DNA of 49,904 nucleotides from an uncultured Acidimicrobiaceae bacterium (GCA_966112835.1 CBHWEI010000001.1:1-49904); one strand, 5' to 3'; shown: positions 8,461 to 18,219, numbered from the stretch's first letter. Made by a program: numbers and translations. Notes: a model not told the origin generated them from the letters alone.

Positions 8461-9906
8461 TCAGAGCGTGCGGGCGATGCGTTCGCCGATCATCAGCGCC
8501 GGCAGGTTCGTGTTCGCCCGGGTGATCTTGGGCATGAGGCTGGCGTCGGCCACCGCGACCCCCGGCACGCCGTGCACGCGGCCGTCGGCGTCGCACACGG
8601 CCATGGCGCCGTCGCCCATCGCGCACGTGCCCACCGGGTGGTAGTAGTGCGCCACCGTGTCGAAGATCGCAGCGTCCGTGCTCATGTCGGTGAGGCGCGG
8701 GCCCAGCACCTCGGCCAGCCGCGGCTGCGACAGCAGCTGCTCGGCGATCACCAGGCCGTCGCGCAACACCGCCAGGTCGTGCCCGGCGGGGTCGCTGAGG
8801 TAGCCGTGGTCGATGTGCGGGTGCGCCTCGGGGTCGGGCGAGGTGAGGTGCACGATGCCGCGGCTGTGCACGTCGACGCACGACACCTCCACGTGCACCC
8901 GGCCGTAGAGCATGCTCGTCTGGTCGCTGGCGCACACCGGGAACAGGTGCAGGTCGTACCGCCCGTCGGCCGACTGGTTCGACACGAACTTGCCCAGGGT
9001 CTGCTCCTCGGGCAGGAAGCCGGTGGCGGCCACGTCGTCGAGCCACCGCTGCAGCTCGGGGCTGACGGCGCGGTCGGCGTGAACGAGCGGGTGGTCGTGG
9101 AGGTTCTCACCGACGCCGGGCAACTCGTGCACCACGTCGACACCCGCGGCGCGCAGGACGTCGGGGTTGCCGATGCCCGAGCGTTCCAGCACCAGCGGCG
9201 TGCCGTACGCGCCGCATGACAGCACCAACGTGCCGGCGACCACCGTGACGGCCTCACCGCGCCGCCGGGCGAGCAGACGCACGCCATCGGCACCCTGTTC
9301 GAACCGGTCGACCAGCGTCTCGTCCAGGATGCTCAGCGAACCACCGCGCACCGGGTCGATGTACGCGAATGCCGCGTTCCAGCGCACGTCGCCCACCACG
9401 TTCACCGTCTCGAGCCCGAACGACGGCCCGGCATCGAGGTCGCACAGGTCGCTGGCGATGGGCCAGCCGAGCGCTTCGGCAGCGTCCATGCACCGCGCGT
9501 GGAACGGCCCGGCCTCGTGGCGTTCGTAGGCACGCACGCGCATGCGGCGCAGCACCTCGTCGTACAGGGGCGCCACGTCGTCGCCGCGCCACCCGGGCAG
9601 CCCCCACTCGTCGTACTCGGCGCGCTGGCCCACGGCGGCGATGGCGCCGTTGTGCGAGCTGCAACCGCCCATCACCCGTGCCCGCTCGAACGTCCACCGG
9701 CCCGACGTGTAGCCCCAGTCGTGCGAGGTGGCCAGCATGCGGGCGCTCATCAGGTCGGCGGGCCAACGGCCCGAGTCGACCGGGCCGTAGTCGGGCCCGG
9801 CCTCCACCAGCAGCACGTCGCGGCCCTGCTCGGCCAGGCGGCCGGCCACCACGCACCCGGCGGACCCGGCACCCACCACCACCACGTCGGCCTGCAGGGT
9901 GCTCAT
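8461..9906 (-). CDS. GMC-family FAD oxidoreductase (choline/alcohol oxidase-dehydrogenase-like)
   Basis: FAD Rossmann motif VVVVGAGSAGCVVAGRLAE followed by VLLVEAG. Also GGCSSHNG, and C-terminal HPVGTCAMG and VADASLMP. The start overlaps the upstream hydrolase stop (ATGA). Confidence 0.85.
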   Translation of the reverse strand: MSTLQADVVVVGAGSAGCVVAGRLAEQGRDVLLVEAGPDYGPVDSGRWPADLMSARMLATSHDWGYTSGRWTFERARVMGGCSSHNGAIAAVGQRAEYDEWGLPGWRGDDVAPLYDEVLRRMRVRAYERHEAGPFHARCMDAAEALGWPIASDLCDLDAGPSFGLETVNVVGDVRWNAAFAYIDPVRGGSLSILDETLVDRFEQGADGVRLLARRRGEAVTVVAGTLVLSCGAYGTPLVLERSGIGNPDVLRAAGVDVVHELPGVGENLHDHPLVHADRAVSPELQRWLDDVAATGFLPEEQTLGKFVSNQSADGRYDLHLFPVCASDQTSMLYGRVHVEVSCVDVHSRGIVHLTSPDPEAHPHIDHGYLSDPAGHDLAVLRDGLVIAEQLLSQPRLAEVLGPRLTDMSTDAAIFDTVAHYYHPVGTCAMGDGAMAVCDADGRVHGVPGVAVADASLMPKITRANTNLPALMIGERIARTL

Positions 9907-10700
9907 CGGTCGGTCTCCTTCGTCGTGGCGGCCATGGTGAAGCCGCCGATGTGGGTGGTGGGGTCGACGAGGTCGTCGACGATGTCGAAGTGGTGGCGCC
10001 CGGTGATCACCCGGTCGGTGGTGGGGCAGCCGGCGGCGCGCAGCCGCGCCGCGTACACGCGCTGCTGGGCGATGAACGCGTCGGTCTCGTTGTCACCCAC
10101 GGCGAGCAGCGTGCGAAGCGTTGCGGCCACGGGCAACAGGGCCGGGCTGGCATCGGCCGCGGTGGTGTCGTCGAGCCCGAGGGGTTCGTTCACAGTGGTG
10201 TGCACCAGCGGACGCAGGTCGTACACGCCGCTGAGCAGCACCACCCGGTCGAGGGGCAGGGGTGGCGGCGACACGAGTGCGCTCATTGCCACCAGGTGGC
10301 CGCCCGCGGAGTGGCCGGCGAGGACGACCTCGCTGAACGGGCCGTGCGTGGCCAGTGCCGCCAGCGCGGCGCGCACCTCGTCGACCATGATGGCCAACCC
10401 GGCGGCGGGCGCCAGTGTGTACTCGATGGCGGCGAACGACCAGCCGCGCGCCAGGGCACCGGGCGCCAGGTACATCGAGTCGGCGGCGCTGAGCGCCTGC
10501 CAGTAGCCGCCGTGCACGAACACCAGCAGCGGCGCGCCGGCGCCGGCCGACACGACGCGCGTGCCGCCGGGCAGCACGGCCACGCGATCTCCGAGCGTCG
10601 CCGACGCCGCGGCGCTGCGCGCGACGTAGTCGTCGATGAACGGGAGCGAGGATCCTCCCACCCGTGAACTGGGCGAATACTCACGCTCGAGGTCGGTCAC
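9903..10700 (-). CDS. Alpha/beta hydrolase (esterase/arylformamidase-like)
   Basis: Oxyanion motif HGGYW (LLVFVHGGYWQ) and nucleophile elbow GHSAGGH. I take the GTG at 10700 as start (alternative GTG at 10709). The upstream part of the 404-aa ORF is low-complexity and overlaps the fasciclin gene on the other strand. Confidence 0.7.
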   Translation of the reverse strand: MTDLEREYSPSSRVGGSSLPFIDDYVARSAAASATLGDRVAVLPGGTRVVSAGAGAPLLVFVHGGYWQALSAADSMYLAPGALARGWSFAAIEYTLAPAAGLAIMVDEVRAALAALATHGPFSEVVLAGHSAGGHLVAMSALVSPPPLPLDRVVLLSGVYDLRPLVHTTVNEPLGLDDTTAADASPALLPVAATLRTLLAVGDNETDAFIAQQRVYAARLRAAGCPTTDRVITGRHHFDIVDDLVDPTTHIGGFTMAATTKETDR

Positions 10701-10800
10701 CCGGGTCACTGTACGCGGCCGCGCGTAGGGTCTTTGGTCCCATCCCCAACGTGTCACGCGCCCCTGCTGAGACTTCCGGCCCACCGGTACCGTCGTCCAC

Positions 10801-11796
10801 GTGTCCGTGAACCGTAAGCCCACACCCCGCCGTCCCCTGTTCCTCACCGTCGCCGTGGTCAGCCTGTTCGGCCTCACCGCTGCCGCGTGCTCGGGCGACC
10901 AGAACGACGCCACCACGACGACCGCAGCCTCCACGGTGCCCGCCGACTCGACGACCACCACCGAGGTGCCGTTGCCCATGGGCGACATCGTCGCGACGGC
11001 CCTCACCGGCCACGTCTTCACCGAGCTCGCCGGCCTGGTGGTCGACGAAGGCCTGGTCGAGACGCTGCGCGGCGGCCCGTTCACCGTGTTCGCCCCCACC
11101 GACGACGCGTTCGCCAAGCTGCCGCTGCCCGTGCTTCACGCCGTGCAGGACAACAGCGACCTGTTGAAGACCGTGCTCCTCCACCACGTGGTCGAGGGCA
11201 CCATCGCCCCCGAGGACATGAAGGAAGGCGAGCTGACGTCGGTCGCCGGCGACAAGCTCACCATCACCAAGGTCGGCGACCAGTTCTTCGTCGACGGCAA
11301 CCCCATCGGCGCCGGCGTGCAGGCCACCAACGGCTACGTGTACGTGATGAGCGACGTGCTCGTCCCGGCAGTCGGCACGGTCGTCGACGTGGCGGTCGCC
11401 TTCAAGGACGCCGGCTTCGGCACCCTGGTCGATGCGGTCACGGCAGCCGGCCTGGTCGACACCCTGTCGGGTGACGGTCCGTTCACGGTGTTCGCTCCGG
11501 TCGACGCCGCCTTCGAGGCGCTCGACCCGGCCACGCTGAAGGCCGCCCTGAACGACCCGACCGGTCTGCTCACCACGGTCCTCACGTACCACGTGGTGCC
11601 CGGCAAGATCACCACCGATCAGTTCGTCGACGGTGGCACGTTGAAGACGGTGCAGGGTGAAGACCTCACCACCACCAAGGACGACAAGGGCAACTGGCTG
11701 ATCAACGGCAACCCCATCGCCGTGCAGAACATCCAGGCCAGCAACGGCGTCATCCACGCCATGGGTGCAGTGCTGCTGCCGCCCTCGCTGGGCTGA
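10801..11796 (+). CDS. Lipoprotein with two fasciclin (FAS1) domains
   Basis: GTG start. Signal peptide plus lipobox (LFGLTAAAC), then a Thr-rich linker. Two halves each carry FTVFAP(T/V)D.AF and NG(Y/V).(Y/H).M strings. Confidence 0.8.
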   Translation: MSVNRKPTPRRPLFLTVAVVSLFGLTAAACSGDQNDATTTTAASTVPADSTTTTEVPLPMGDIVATALTGHVFTELAGLVVDEGLVETLRGGPFTVFAPTDDAFAKLPLPVLHAVQDNSDLLKTVLLHHVVEGTIAPEDMKEGELTSVAGDKLTITKVGDQFFVDGNPIGAGVQATNGYVYVMSDVLVPAVGTVVDVAVAFKDAGFGTLVDAVTAAGLVDTLSGDGPFTVFAPVDAAFEALDPATLKAALNDPTGLLTTVLTYHVVPGKITTDQFVDGGTLKTVQGEDLTTTKDDKGNWLINGNPIAVQNIQASNGVIHAMGAVLLPPSLG

Positions 11797-11831
11797 CCGA
11801 TCCACACCCCCCATTCGCGGATCCCCATGAG

Positions 11832-11857
11832 ATCGGCGGGCCTTCGGGCCCGCCGAT
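11832..11857. terminator. GC-rich hairpin between convergent genes (candidate bidirectional intrinsic terminator without a U-tract)
   Basis: ATCGGCGGGCC-TTCG-GGCCCGCCGAT forms an 11-bp perfect stem with a tetraloop. It lies between the fasciclin stop (11796) and the deacetylase stop (11880). Confidence 0.55.
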
Positions 11858-11879
11858 GTCGCGTCCCCAGGCAAAGGGG

Positions 11880-12632
11880 TCAGAAGGCGAGGGGGTCGAG
11901 GGGGCCGGCGGGGCCGGCGGCGCGGATGAACCACTCGTAGCCGTACACGCCCTCGAAGGTCTCGGCAGGCATCGTGAGGGCCTCGGACCTGGGTGGGATC
12001 TGGCTCACGTGGGCGGCCATCGCCGCCCGCTTCACGGCCGCCTGGGCACGCACGTCGACCGTGACCGACACCTCGACGGTGGGCACGCCCAGCGGTGCGG
12101 CATTGGTGCGCACCTCCATGCCCAGCAGCGACTGGACGGCGTGACCCACCAGGTGCGTCTCGACGAAGTGCAGGTACTCGCGGTCCACCGTCGCCTCGTA
12201 CACCGTGGGCGTGCCGGCCAGCGCGGCGGCCGCCCGGCCCACGCGGTGCACCGCCAGGTGGTCGGGGTGGCCGTAGATGCCACCCACGTCGTAGACCACC
12301 AGCGCGGTGGCCCGCTCGTCGGCCAGCAGGTCGGCCAGGCGGCGGGCGACGGCGGCATGGTCGGCCTGCCAGAACGAGTCGGCACCTGCCCGATCGGCGT
12401 CCATGCCCGAGTCGGCGAAGCCCAGGAACTCCAGACGTTCGACGCCCAGCAGTGCGCACGCCGCGTGGGCCTCGGCCACGCGGGCGCGGGCCATGGGGCT
12501 GTCGGGACGCACGTCGCCGTTGGTGGCCAGCACCACCACGGTCCGCTCGCCGGCGTCGTGCAGACGGCGCAACGTGCCGCCGGTGAAGATCGACTCGTCG
12601 TCGGGGTGGGCGTGCAGGAACACCGTCGTCAT
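11880..12632 (-). CDS. PIG-L/LmbE-family deacetylase
   Basis: N-terminal MTTVFLHAHPDDESIFTGG contains the AHPDDE metal-site motif. The downstream HPDH string also fits. 250 aa. Confidence 0.8.
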   Translation of the reverse strand: MTTVFLHAHPDDESIFTGGTLRRLHDAGERTVVVLATNGDVRPDSPMARARVAEAHAACALLGVERLEFLGFADSGMDADRAGADSFWQADHAAVARRLADLLADERATALVVYDVGGIYGHPDHLAVHRVGRAAAALAGTPTVYEATVDREYLHFVETHLVGHAVQSLLGMEVRTNAAPLGVPTVEVSVTVDVRAQAAVKRAAMAAHVSQIPPRSEALTMPAETFEGVYGYEWFIRAAGPAGPLDPLAF

Positions 12633-12656
12633 GCGGCCGGCTCCACGCTCACGAGC

Positions 12657-13052
12657 TCACTTGAGGCTGATGATGTAGTCGACGATCTGCTGCACATCGG
12701 CGTCGGGCACCCGGTTCACGGGCATCTTCACCTTCGTGCCCTGCGGGATGTCGGCGTTGGGGTCCATGATCGAGCGCACCAGGTAGTCGCGGTCGACGGT
12801 GACGGTCGAGCCGTCCTCCAGCGTCACCTGCGACTCGTACAGGCCCTTCCACGTGGGGCCCACGCCCGGGCGGCCGTCGGTGCTGTGGCAGGCCATGCAG
12901 CCGTAGTCCTGGGCCAGTCCCTTGCCGGGCAGCGCCTGCGGGTCCTTGTTCACGCCACAGGCGGCCAGCGCCACCACGGCCACGGTGAGGGCCGCAGCGG
13001 GTGCCAGGGCGAGCAAGCGGCGAGAAATCGTCGGGTGGGCCACGGCGTTCAT
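12657..13052 (-). CDS. Small class I c-type cytochrome, lipoprotein-anchored
   Basis: ATG at 13052. Signal peptide plus lipobox (VVALAAC) and a single CxxCH haem motif (CMACH). 131 aa. The remaining upstream part of the 453-aa ORF is antisense to hrpA and was rejected. Confidence 0.8.
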   Translation of the reverse strand: MNAVAHPTISRRLLALAPAAALTVAVVALAACGVNKDPQALPGKGLAQDYGCMACHSTDGRPGVGPTWKGLYESQVTLEDGSTVTVDRDYLVRSIMDPNADIPQGTKVKMPVNRVPDADVQQIVDYIISLK

Positions 13053-13058
13053 GGTGCC

Positions 13059-16000
13059 ATGCTGGCAGACGCCATGGAGCATTCCGCCCTTCCCATCGAC
13101 GCGCACCGCGACGAGTTGCTCGCCGCGATCCGCGACCACCAGGTGGTCATCGTCGCGGGCGAGACGGGGTCGGGCAAGAGCACGCAGCTGCCCCAGCTGT
13201 GCCTGCGAGCGGGGCGGGGCGACGGCCGGCTCATCGGCCACACCCAACCCCGGCGCGTGGCAGCGCGCACCATCGCCGAACGCATCGCCGACGAGTTGGG
13301 CACCGAGCTGGGCACCACGGTGGGCTACACCGTGCGCTTCACCGACAAGGTGGGCCCCGACACGCGCATCAAGGTGATGACCGACGGCATCCTGCTGGCC
13401 GAGATCCAGCGTGACCGGCTGCTGCGCCGGTACGACACGCTCATCATCGACGAGGCCCACGAGCGCAGCCTGAACATCGACTTCCTGCTCGGCTACCTGA
13501 AGCAGCTGCTCCCCCAGCGGCCCGACCTGAAGCTCATCGTCACGTCGGCCACCATCGACACCCAGCGCTTCGCCGAGCACTTCGGCACGCCGGGCAAGCC
13601 CGCGCCGGTCATCGAGGTGAGCGGCCGCAGCTATCCCGTCGAGATGCGCTACCGCCCCTACGGCGAAACCGGCGACGACGGCGTGGTCGACGACCGCGAC
13701 CAGGTGCAGGCCGTGCTCGACGCGGTCGACGAGCTGGCCGACGTGGGCGACGGCGACGTGCTCGTCTTCCTGAGCGGCGAACGCGAGATCCACGACATCG
13801 CCGACGCCCTGCGCCGGCGCACGCAGGAGCGCAGCGACCGGCTGGAGGTGCTCCCCCTCTACGCCCGGCTGTCGGCGGTCGAGCAGCACCGCATCTTCCA
13901 GCCGCACCGGCAGCGGCGCGTGGTGCTCAGCACCAACGTCGCCGAGACCTCGCTCACCGTGCCGGGTGTGCGCTACGTGGTCGACGCCGGCACGGCGCGC
14001 ATCAGCCGCTACAGCCACCGGTTGAAGGTGCAGCGGCTGCCCATCGAGGCCGTGTCACAGGCGTCGGCCAACCAGCGTGCCGGCCGCTGCGGTCGCGTGG
14101 CGCCGGGCATCTGCATCCGCCTCTACGACGAGGCCGACTTCGAGTCGCGCGACGAGTTCACCGAGCCCGAGATCCTACGCACCAACCTGGCCTCGGTCAT
14201 CCTGCAGATGACCGCACTCGGGCTGGGCGACGTCGACGCGTTCCCGTTTCTCGACCCGCCCGATCCGCGTTCCGTCCGCGACGGCTACGCGCTGTTGGAA
14301 GAGCTCGGTGCCATCGACGGCGTCCGCCTGACGCACCTGGGCCGCCGCCTGGCCCGCCTGCCCATCGACCCGCGCCTGGGACGGATGGTGCTCGAGGCCG
14401 AGCGCCATGGCTGCGTGCGCGAGGTGCTCGTGGTGACCGCGGCACTCAGCATCCAGGACCCGCGCGAGCGCCCGGCCGACAAGCGCGGCGAGGCCGACGA
14501 ACTGCACCAGCGATTCGTGGTGCCGGGCAGCGACTTCCTGACCTACGTGAAGCTGTGGGACCACCTGCGCGAGCAGCAGCAGGCGCTGGGTAGCAGCCAG
14601 TTCCGCAAGCTGTGCCGCAACGAGTTCCTGAACTACCTGCGGGTGCGCGAGTGGCAGGACCTGTTCAGCCAGTTGCGTCAGGTGGCGGGCCAGCTCGGGC
14701 TGCGGCCCGGCACCGAGGCCGGCCACCCGGACCGCGTCCACCAGGCGCTGCTGGCCGGTCTGCTCAGCCACCTGGGCATGCGCGACGACACCGGAGGCAA
14801 CAGCGGCAGTGGCGGCGGTGGCAGCGGCCCGACGCACCGCGGTCGCGAATACCGCGGCGCGCACGGCAGCCGCTTCGCCATCGGCCGCGAGAGCGCGCTG
14901 GCCAAGAAGAGCCCCAAGTGGGTGGTCGCCGCCGAGCTCGTCGAGACCAATCGGCTGTGGGGCCGCGTGGTGGCCGAGGTGCAGCCCGAGTGGGCCGAGC
15001 GGCTGGGCGCGCACCTGGTGAAGCGTTCGTACGGCGACGCGTACTGGGACGAACGTCGCGGTGGTGCCGTGTGCCGCGAGCAGGTCACCCTGTACGGGCT
15101 GCCGATCGTGAACCGCACCATCGGCTACGACCGCGTCGACAAGGCTGCCGCCCGCGAGTACTTCATCCGCTGCGCGCTGGTGGAGGGCGACTGGACCACC
15201 CGCCACACGTTCTGGGAACGCAACCGGCGATTCCTCGACGACCTGGCCGGCATGGGCGAACGAGTGCGCCGCGTCGACCTGTTCGACCACGAGGCGGTGT
15301 ACGCGTTCTACGAGCGACGCGTGGGGCCCGACGTGGTGACCACACGGCACTTCGACCGCTGGTGGAAGGACGCCAAGTCCGCCGACCCCGACCTGCTCAC
15401 CATGCGCCTCGAGCACTTCGTCAGCGGCTCGGGAGTGCTCAGCGCGCACGACTTCCCCGGCACGTGGGTGCAGGACGAGTTGGCGCTGCCGTTGACCTAC
15501 CGCTTCGACCCGGGTGCCCCCGGCGACGGCGTCACCGTGCACGTGCCGTTGGCCGCGCTGAACCAGGTGAGTGCCGACGGGTTCGACTGGCAGGTGCCGG
15601 GCTTGCGCAACGACCTGGTGGATGCACTGATGCGCTCGCTGCCGAAGGAGCACCGCCGCGAACTGGTGCCCATGGGCGAGGTGGTCGCCAAGGTGACGGC
15701 CGCGTTGGAGGTGAGCGACCGGCCCCTGGCCCACGCGCTGGCCAGTACGGTGCGCGACGTCACGGGCGTCAGCGTCCCCGCGAGCGCCTTCGACCTGTCG
15801 AAGGTGCCCACGCACCTGCGCGTCAACTTCGTCGTCGACGACGAGCACGGCAACCCGTTGGCCGGCGGCAAGGACCTCGACGTGCTGCGGGCCGAGCTGG
15901 CGTCGAAGGTGCGCGCCGCCATCGCCCGTACGGCGCCCATCGAAGAGCGCAAGGGCATCACCACCTGGGACATCGGCGACCTGCCCGAGTCGGTCGAGTC

Positions 16001-16808
16001 GACGCGCAACGGCATCACCGTGCGCGGCTTCCCGACCCTGCTGGACGACGGCGACAGCGTGAGCATTCGCGTGCTCACCAACCCCGAGCTGCAGGCGCGG
16101 GTGATGCGCCTGGGCGTACGCCGGCTGCTGCTGCTCGCCGTGCCGGTCGGCAAGCGGGCCGTGGAGCGCGACCTCACCAACCAGGCCAAGCTGGCCATCG
16201 CCGGCGCGCGCGTGATGTCGCTCGAAGCACTCGAGGCCGACTGCATCACCGCCGCGGCCGACCAGGTGATGGCCGAGCACGGCCAGGTGCCCTTCACCGC
16301 CGACGACTTCGCCGCACTGGTGGCGTACGCCCGCGACCACCTGCCCGACCATGCGGCCCGCCTGCTGCGCACCGCTGCCGACGTGCTCGGTGCCGCGTCG
16401 TCGGTGCAGTCGCGGCTGGCGAAGTTGGTGGCGCCCGCCGTGCTCGCCTCGGCCGACGACGCCGCCGCACAGCTGGCCCGCCTGGTGCGCCCGGGCTTCG
16501 TGGTCACCACCGGGCCGGAACGGCTGGCCGACGTGCTGCGCTACGTGAAGGCCATCGACCTGCGCCTCACCAAGCTGCCCGAGGCCCCGCAGAAGGACCA
16601 GAACAACCTGCGCGACGTGCTGGCGCTGGAACGGCGCTACACCGACCTATTGCGCCGCACCCACCGCGACGACATCACCACCGACCTCATCGAGATCGGC
16701 TGGATGCTGGAGGAGCTGCGCGTCAGCGTGTTCGCCCAGACCCTCGGTGCCGCACGGGGCACCAGCCCGGCGCGCATCCAGAAGGCCCTCCAGGCCCACG
16801 GCGGCTGA
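13059..16808 (+). CDS. hrpA: ATP-dependent RNA helicase HrpA (DEAH box)
   Basis: Helicase motifs GETGSGKSTQLPQ, IIDEAHERS, TSATID, LSTNVAETSLTVPG and QRAGRCGR, followed by a long HrpA-type C-terminal region. Start is the ATG at 13059 (alternative 13074). About 1249 aa. Confidence 0.9.
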   Translation: MLADAMEHSALPIDAHRDELLAAIRDHQVVIVAGETGSGKSTQLPQLCLRAGRGDGRLIGHTQPRRVAARTIAERIADELGTELGTTVGYTVRFTDKVGPDTRIKVMTDGILLAEIQRDRLLRRYDTLIIDEAHERSLNIDFLLGYLKQLLPQRPDLKLIVTSATIDTQRFAEHFGTPGKPAPVIEVSGRSYPVEMRYRPYGETGDDGVVDDRDQVQAVLDAVDELADVGDGDVLVFLSGEREIHDIADALRRRTQERSDRLEVLPLYARLSAVEQHRIFQPHRQRRVVLSTNVAETSLTVPGVRYVVDAGTARISRYSHRLKVQRLPIEAVSQASANQRAGRCGRVAPGICIRLYDEADFESRDEFTEPEILRTNLASVILQMTALGLGDVDAFPFLDPPDPRSVRDGYALLEELGAIDGVRLTHLGRRLARLPIDPRLGRMVLEAERHGCVREVLVVTAALSIQDPRERPADKRGEADELHQRFVVPGSDFLTYVKLWDHLREQQQALGSSQFRKLCRNEFLNYLRVREWQDLFSQLRQVAGQLGLRPGTEAGHPDRVHQALLAGLLSHLGMRDDTGGNSGSGGGGSGPTHRGREYRGAHGSRFAIGRESALAKKSPKWVVAAELVETNRLWGRVVAEVQPEWAERLGAHLVKRSYGDAYWDERRGGAVCREQVTLYGLPIVNRTIGYDRVDKAAAREYFIRCALVEGDWTTRHTFWERNRRFLDDLAGMGERVRRVDLFDHEAVYAFYERRVGPDVVTTRHFDRWWKDAKSADPDLLTMRLEHFVSGSGVLSAHDFPGTWVQDELALPLTYRFDPGAPGDGVTVHVPLAALNQVSADGFDWQVPGLRNDLVDALMRSLPKEHRRELVPMGEVVAKVTAALEVSDRPLAHALASTVRDVTGVSVPASAFDLSKVPTHLRVNFVVDDEHGNPLAGGKDLDVLRAELASKVRAAIARTAPIEERKGITTWDIGDLPESVESTRNGITVRGFPTLLDDGDSVSIRVLTNPELQARVMRLGVRRLLLLAVPVGKRAVERDLTNQAKLAIAGARVMSLEALEADCITAAADQVMAEHGQVPFTADDFAALVAYARDHLPDHAARLLRTAADVLGAASSVQSRLAKLVAPAVLASADDAAAQLARLVRPGFVVTTGPERLADVLRYVKAIDLRLTKLPEAPQKDQNNLRDVLALERRYTDLLRRTHRDDITTDLIEIGWMLEELRVSVFAQTLGAARGTSPARIQKALQAHGG

Positions 16809-16814
16809 CCCCTT

Positions 16815-16840
16815 CCTCCCGAACTCGAGTCCTGCGTGAC
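16815..16840 (-). repeat. Copy A of a ~26-nt intergenic repeat (consensus GTCACGCAGAACTCGAGTTCGGGAG)
   Basis: The reverse complement reads GTCACGCAGGACTCGAGTTCGGGAGG. It lies between the hrpA stop (16808) and the stop of the convergent gene (16849). Confidence 0.8.
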
Positions 16841-16848
16841 CCCGCCGG

Positions 16849-18219
16849 CTAGGAGTCGATGACGCCGGGGGCCATCACGCGCACCGGGCCGGGCGTGTCG
16901 ACCCGGAACGCGGCCATCACCACGGGGACGTCGGCGAACGGCTGGGTGAGCGTGAGCTGCTTGACGCCGGAGTCGCCGTAGAACACCGTCGCGTCGGTGA
17001 CGCCGCTGGAGGCCGGCGCCGAGACGAGCACGTAGGTGACACCATCGACGACGATGCGGTCGGCGAACGGCTCGACCGTGGGCTCGAACCGGATGGGCAC
17101 CGACGTGGACGTGCCCGGCTCGGACGGCACCGTGTACCACCACAGCAGCTTCGTGGCGCCGCCTCGCTCTGCACGCTGCACACCGGCGATCCAGCCGTCG
17201 CCGCGGTCGAGCAGGGCGAAGTCGCCCACTCGGTAGTCGGGCCGCAGGAAGATGAGTTGCGTGTCCCACTCGGCCTTGGTGGCCGGTCGCACCCCACGGC
17301 TGAGGGCGTCGTACCGCTCGGGATTGCCGGGGCCGGTGAGCGACAGCACGTTGCCGTCCTGCTCCCACAGCACCACCGCATCACCGCTGACGGCGAGCTG
17401 GCCCACGTAGCGGTCGCCGCGCACCGTGGCTGCACGGTGGCCCAAGTAGTCGAGCGCCGTCACCTGGTCGGCCAGCGAGCCCTTGGCCACCCGCAACGTG
17501 ACCACGTTCGACGACTCGTCGAGATAGCGCATGGTGGTCTCGACCGTGCCGTACAGCGCTTCGTCGGCCCAGCGGCTGCGGACGACCTCCTTCAGACCCA
17601 GCGATTGCTGCACACTGGTCGGCATGACGATGTCGGTGACGCGGCCGCCGCGCAGCACCACGTTCGTGCCGTTCACGGCGGCGGCGACATCGGCGTCGCT
17701 CAGCCCGGTGGCGCGCACGACCAGGCGCGCGCTGCCCAGGTCGCGCACCACGGTGACCTGCCCGGGGCGTCCCAGCGTGTCGATGAAGCGCAGGCCGTGC
17801 ACGTCGCGCGTCGAGCCGTCGAACATGGTGAACGGGTCGCGAGGGTTCGTGTCGACCTGGATCTCGAGGTGCGGCTCTGCCGGGCCACCCACCGCCCAGA
17901 CCCGGAAACCACCGGCGTCGTCGTACGGCGTCGCCACGTCGGTGGAGTAGTTGCGCAGGCGCGAGTCGACCAGCACGTAGCGGCCGGGCTCGGTGGCGAC
18001 CTTGGCCGAGCGATCGCGCGTGACGACGACGGCAACGACGATGGCGGCCACGATCACGAGCGCTCCGATGGCCCAGGGCCACGGCGAGCGAGTGCGCGGA
18101 GCGCGCGGTTCAGGCCGAGGCGCCGAAGGGGTGGCCGACCGCACCACGCCCCAGTCGATGGACGGATCGTCGGGATCGAGGACGTCGATGATCTCCATGT
18201 CGTCGGGCCGGCGCGGCAT
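16849..18219 (-). CDS. Hypothetical single-pass membrane-anchored protein with a large extracytoplasmic domain
   Basis: Long ORF with coding-like composition. One TM segment (WAIGALVIVAAIVVAVVVT) follows a Pro/Arg-rich cytoplasmic N-terminus. I recognise no family motif. The start is ambiguous (ATG at 18249, 18219 or 18198). Confidence 0.5.
   Translation of the reverse strand: MPRRPDDMEIIDVLDPDDPSIDWGVVRSATPSAPRPEPRAPRTRSPWPWAIGALVIVAAIVVAVVVTRDRSAKVATEPGRYVLVDSRLRNYSTDVATPYDDAGGFRVWAVGGPAEPHLEIQVDTNPRDPFTMFDGSTRDVHGLRFIDTLGRPGQVTVVRDLGSARLVVRATGLSDADVAAAVNGTNVVLRGGRVTDIVMPTSVQQSLGLKEVVRSRWADEALYGTVETTMRYLDESSNVVTLRVAKGSLADQVTALDYLGHRAATVRGDRYVGQLAVSGDAVVLWEQDGNVLSLTGPGNPERYDALSRGVRPATKAEWDTQLIFLRPDYRVGDFALLDRGDGWIAGVQRAERGGATKLLWWYTVPSEPGTSTSVPIRFEPTVEPFADRIVVDGVTYVLVSAPASSGVTDATVFYGDSGVKQLTLTQPFADVPVVMAAFRVDTPGPVRVMAPGVIDS

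Noticed and set aside
11856-13058. The upstream 400 codons of the 1650-aa ORF that contains hrpA. Likewise the upstream parts of ORFs 12657-14018, 26951-29239, 38523-40838, 42775-44571 and 44801-46978.
   Set aside because: Only the distal portions carry recognisable protein sequence (HrpA, cytochrome c, PilC, kinase, PHP, lipoprotein). The extensions run through neighbouring real genes in other frames or on the other strand.
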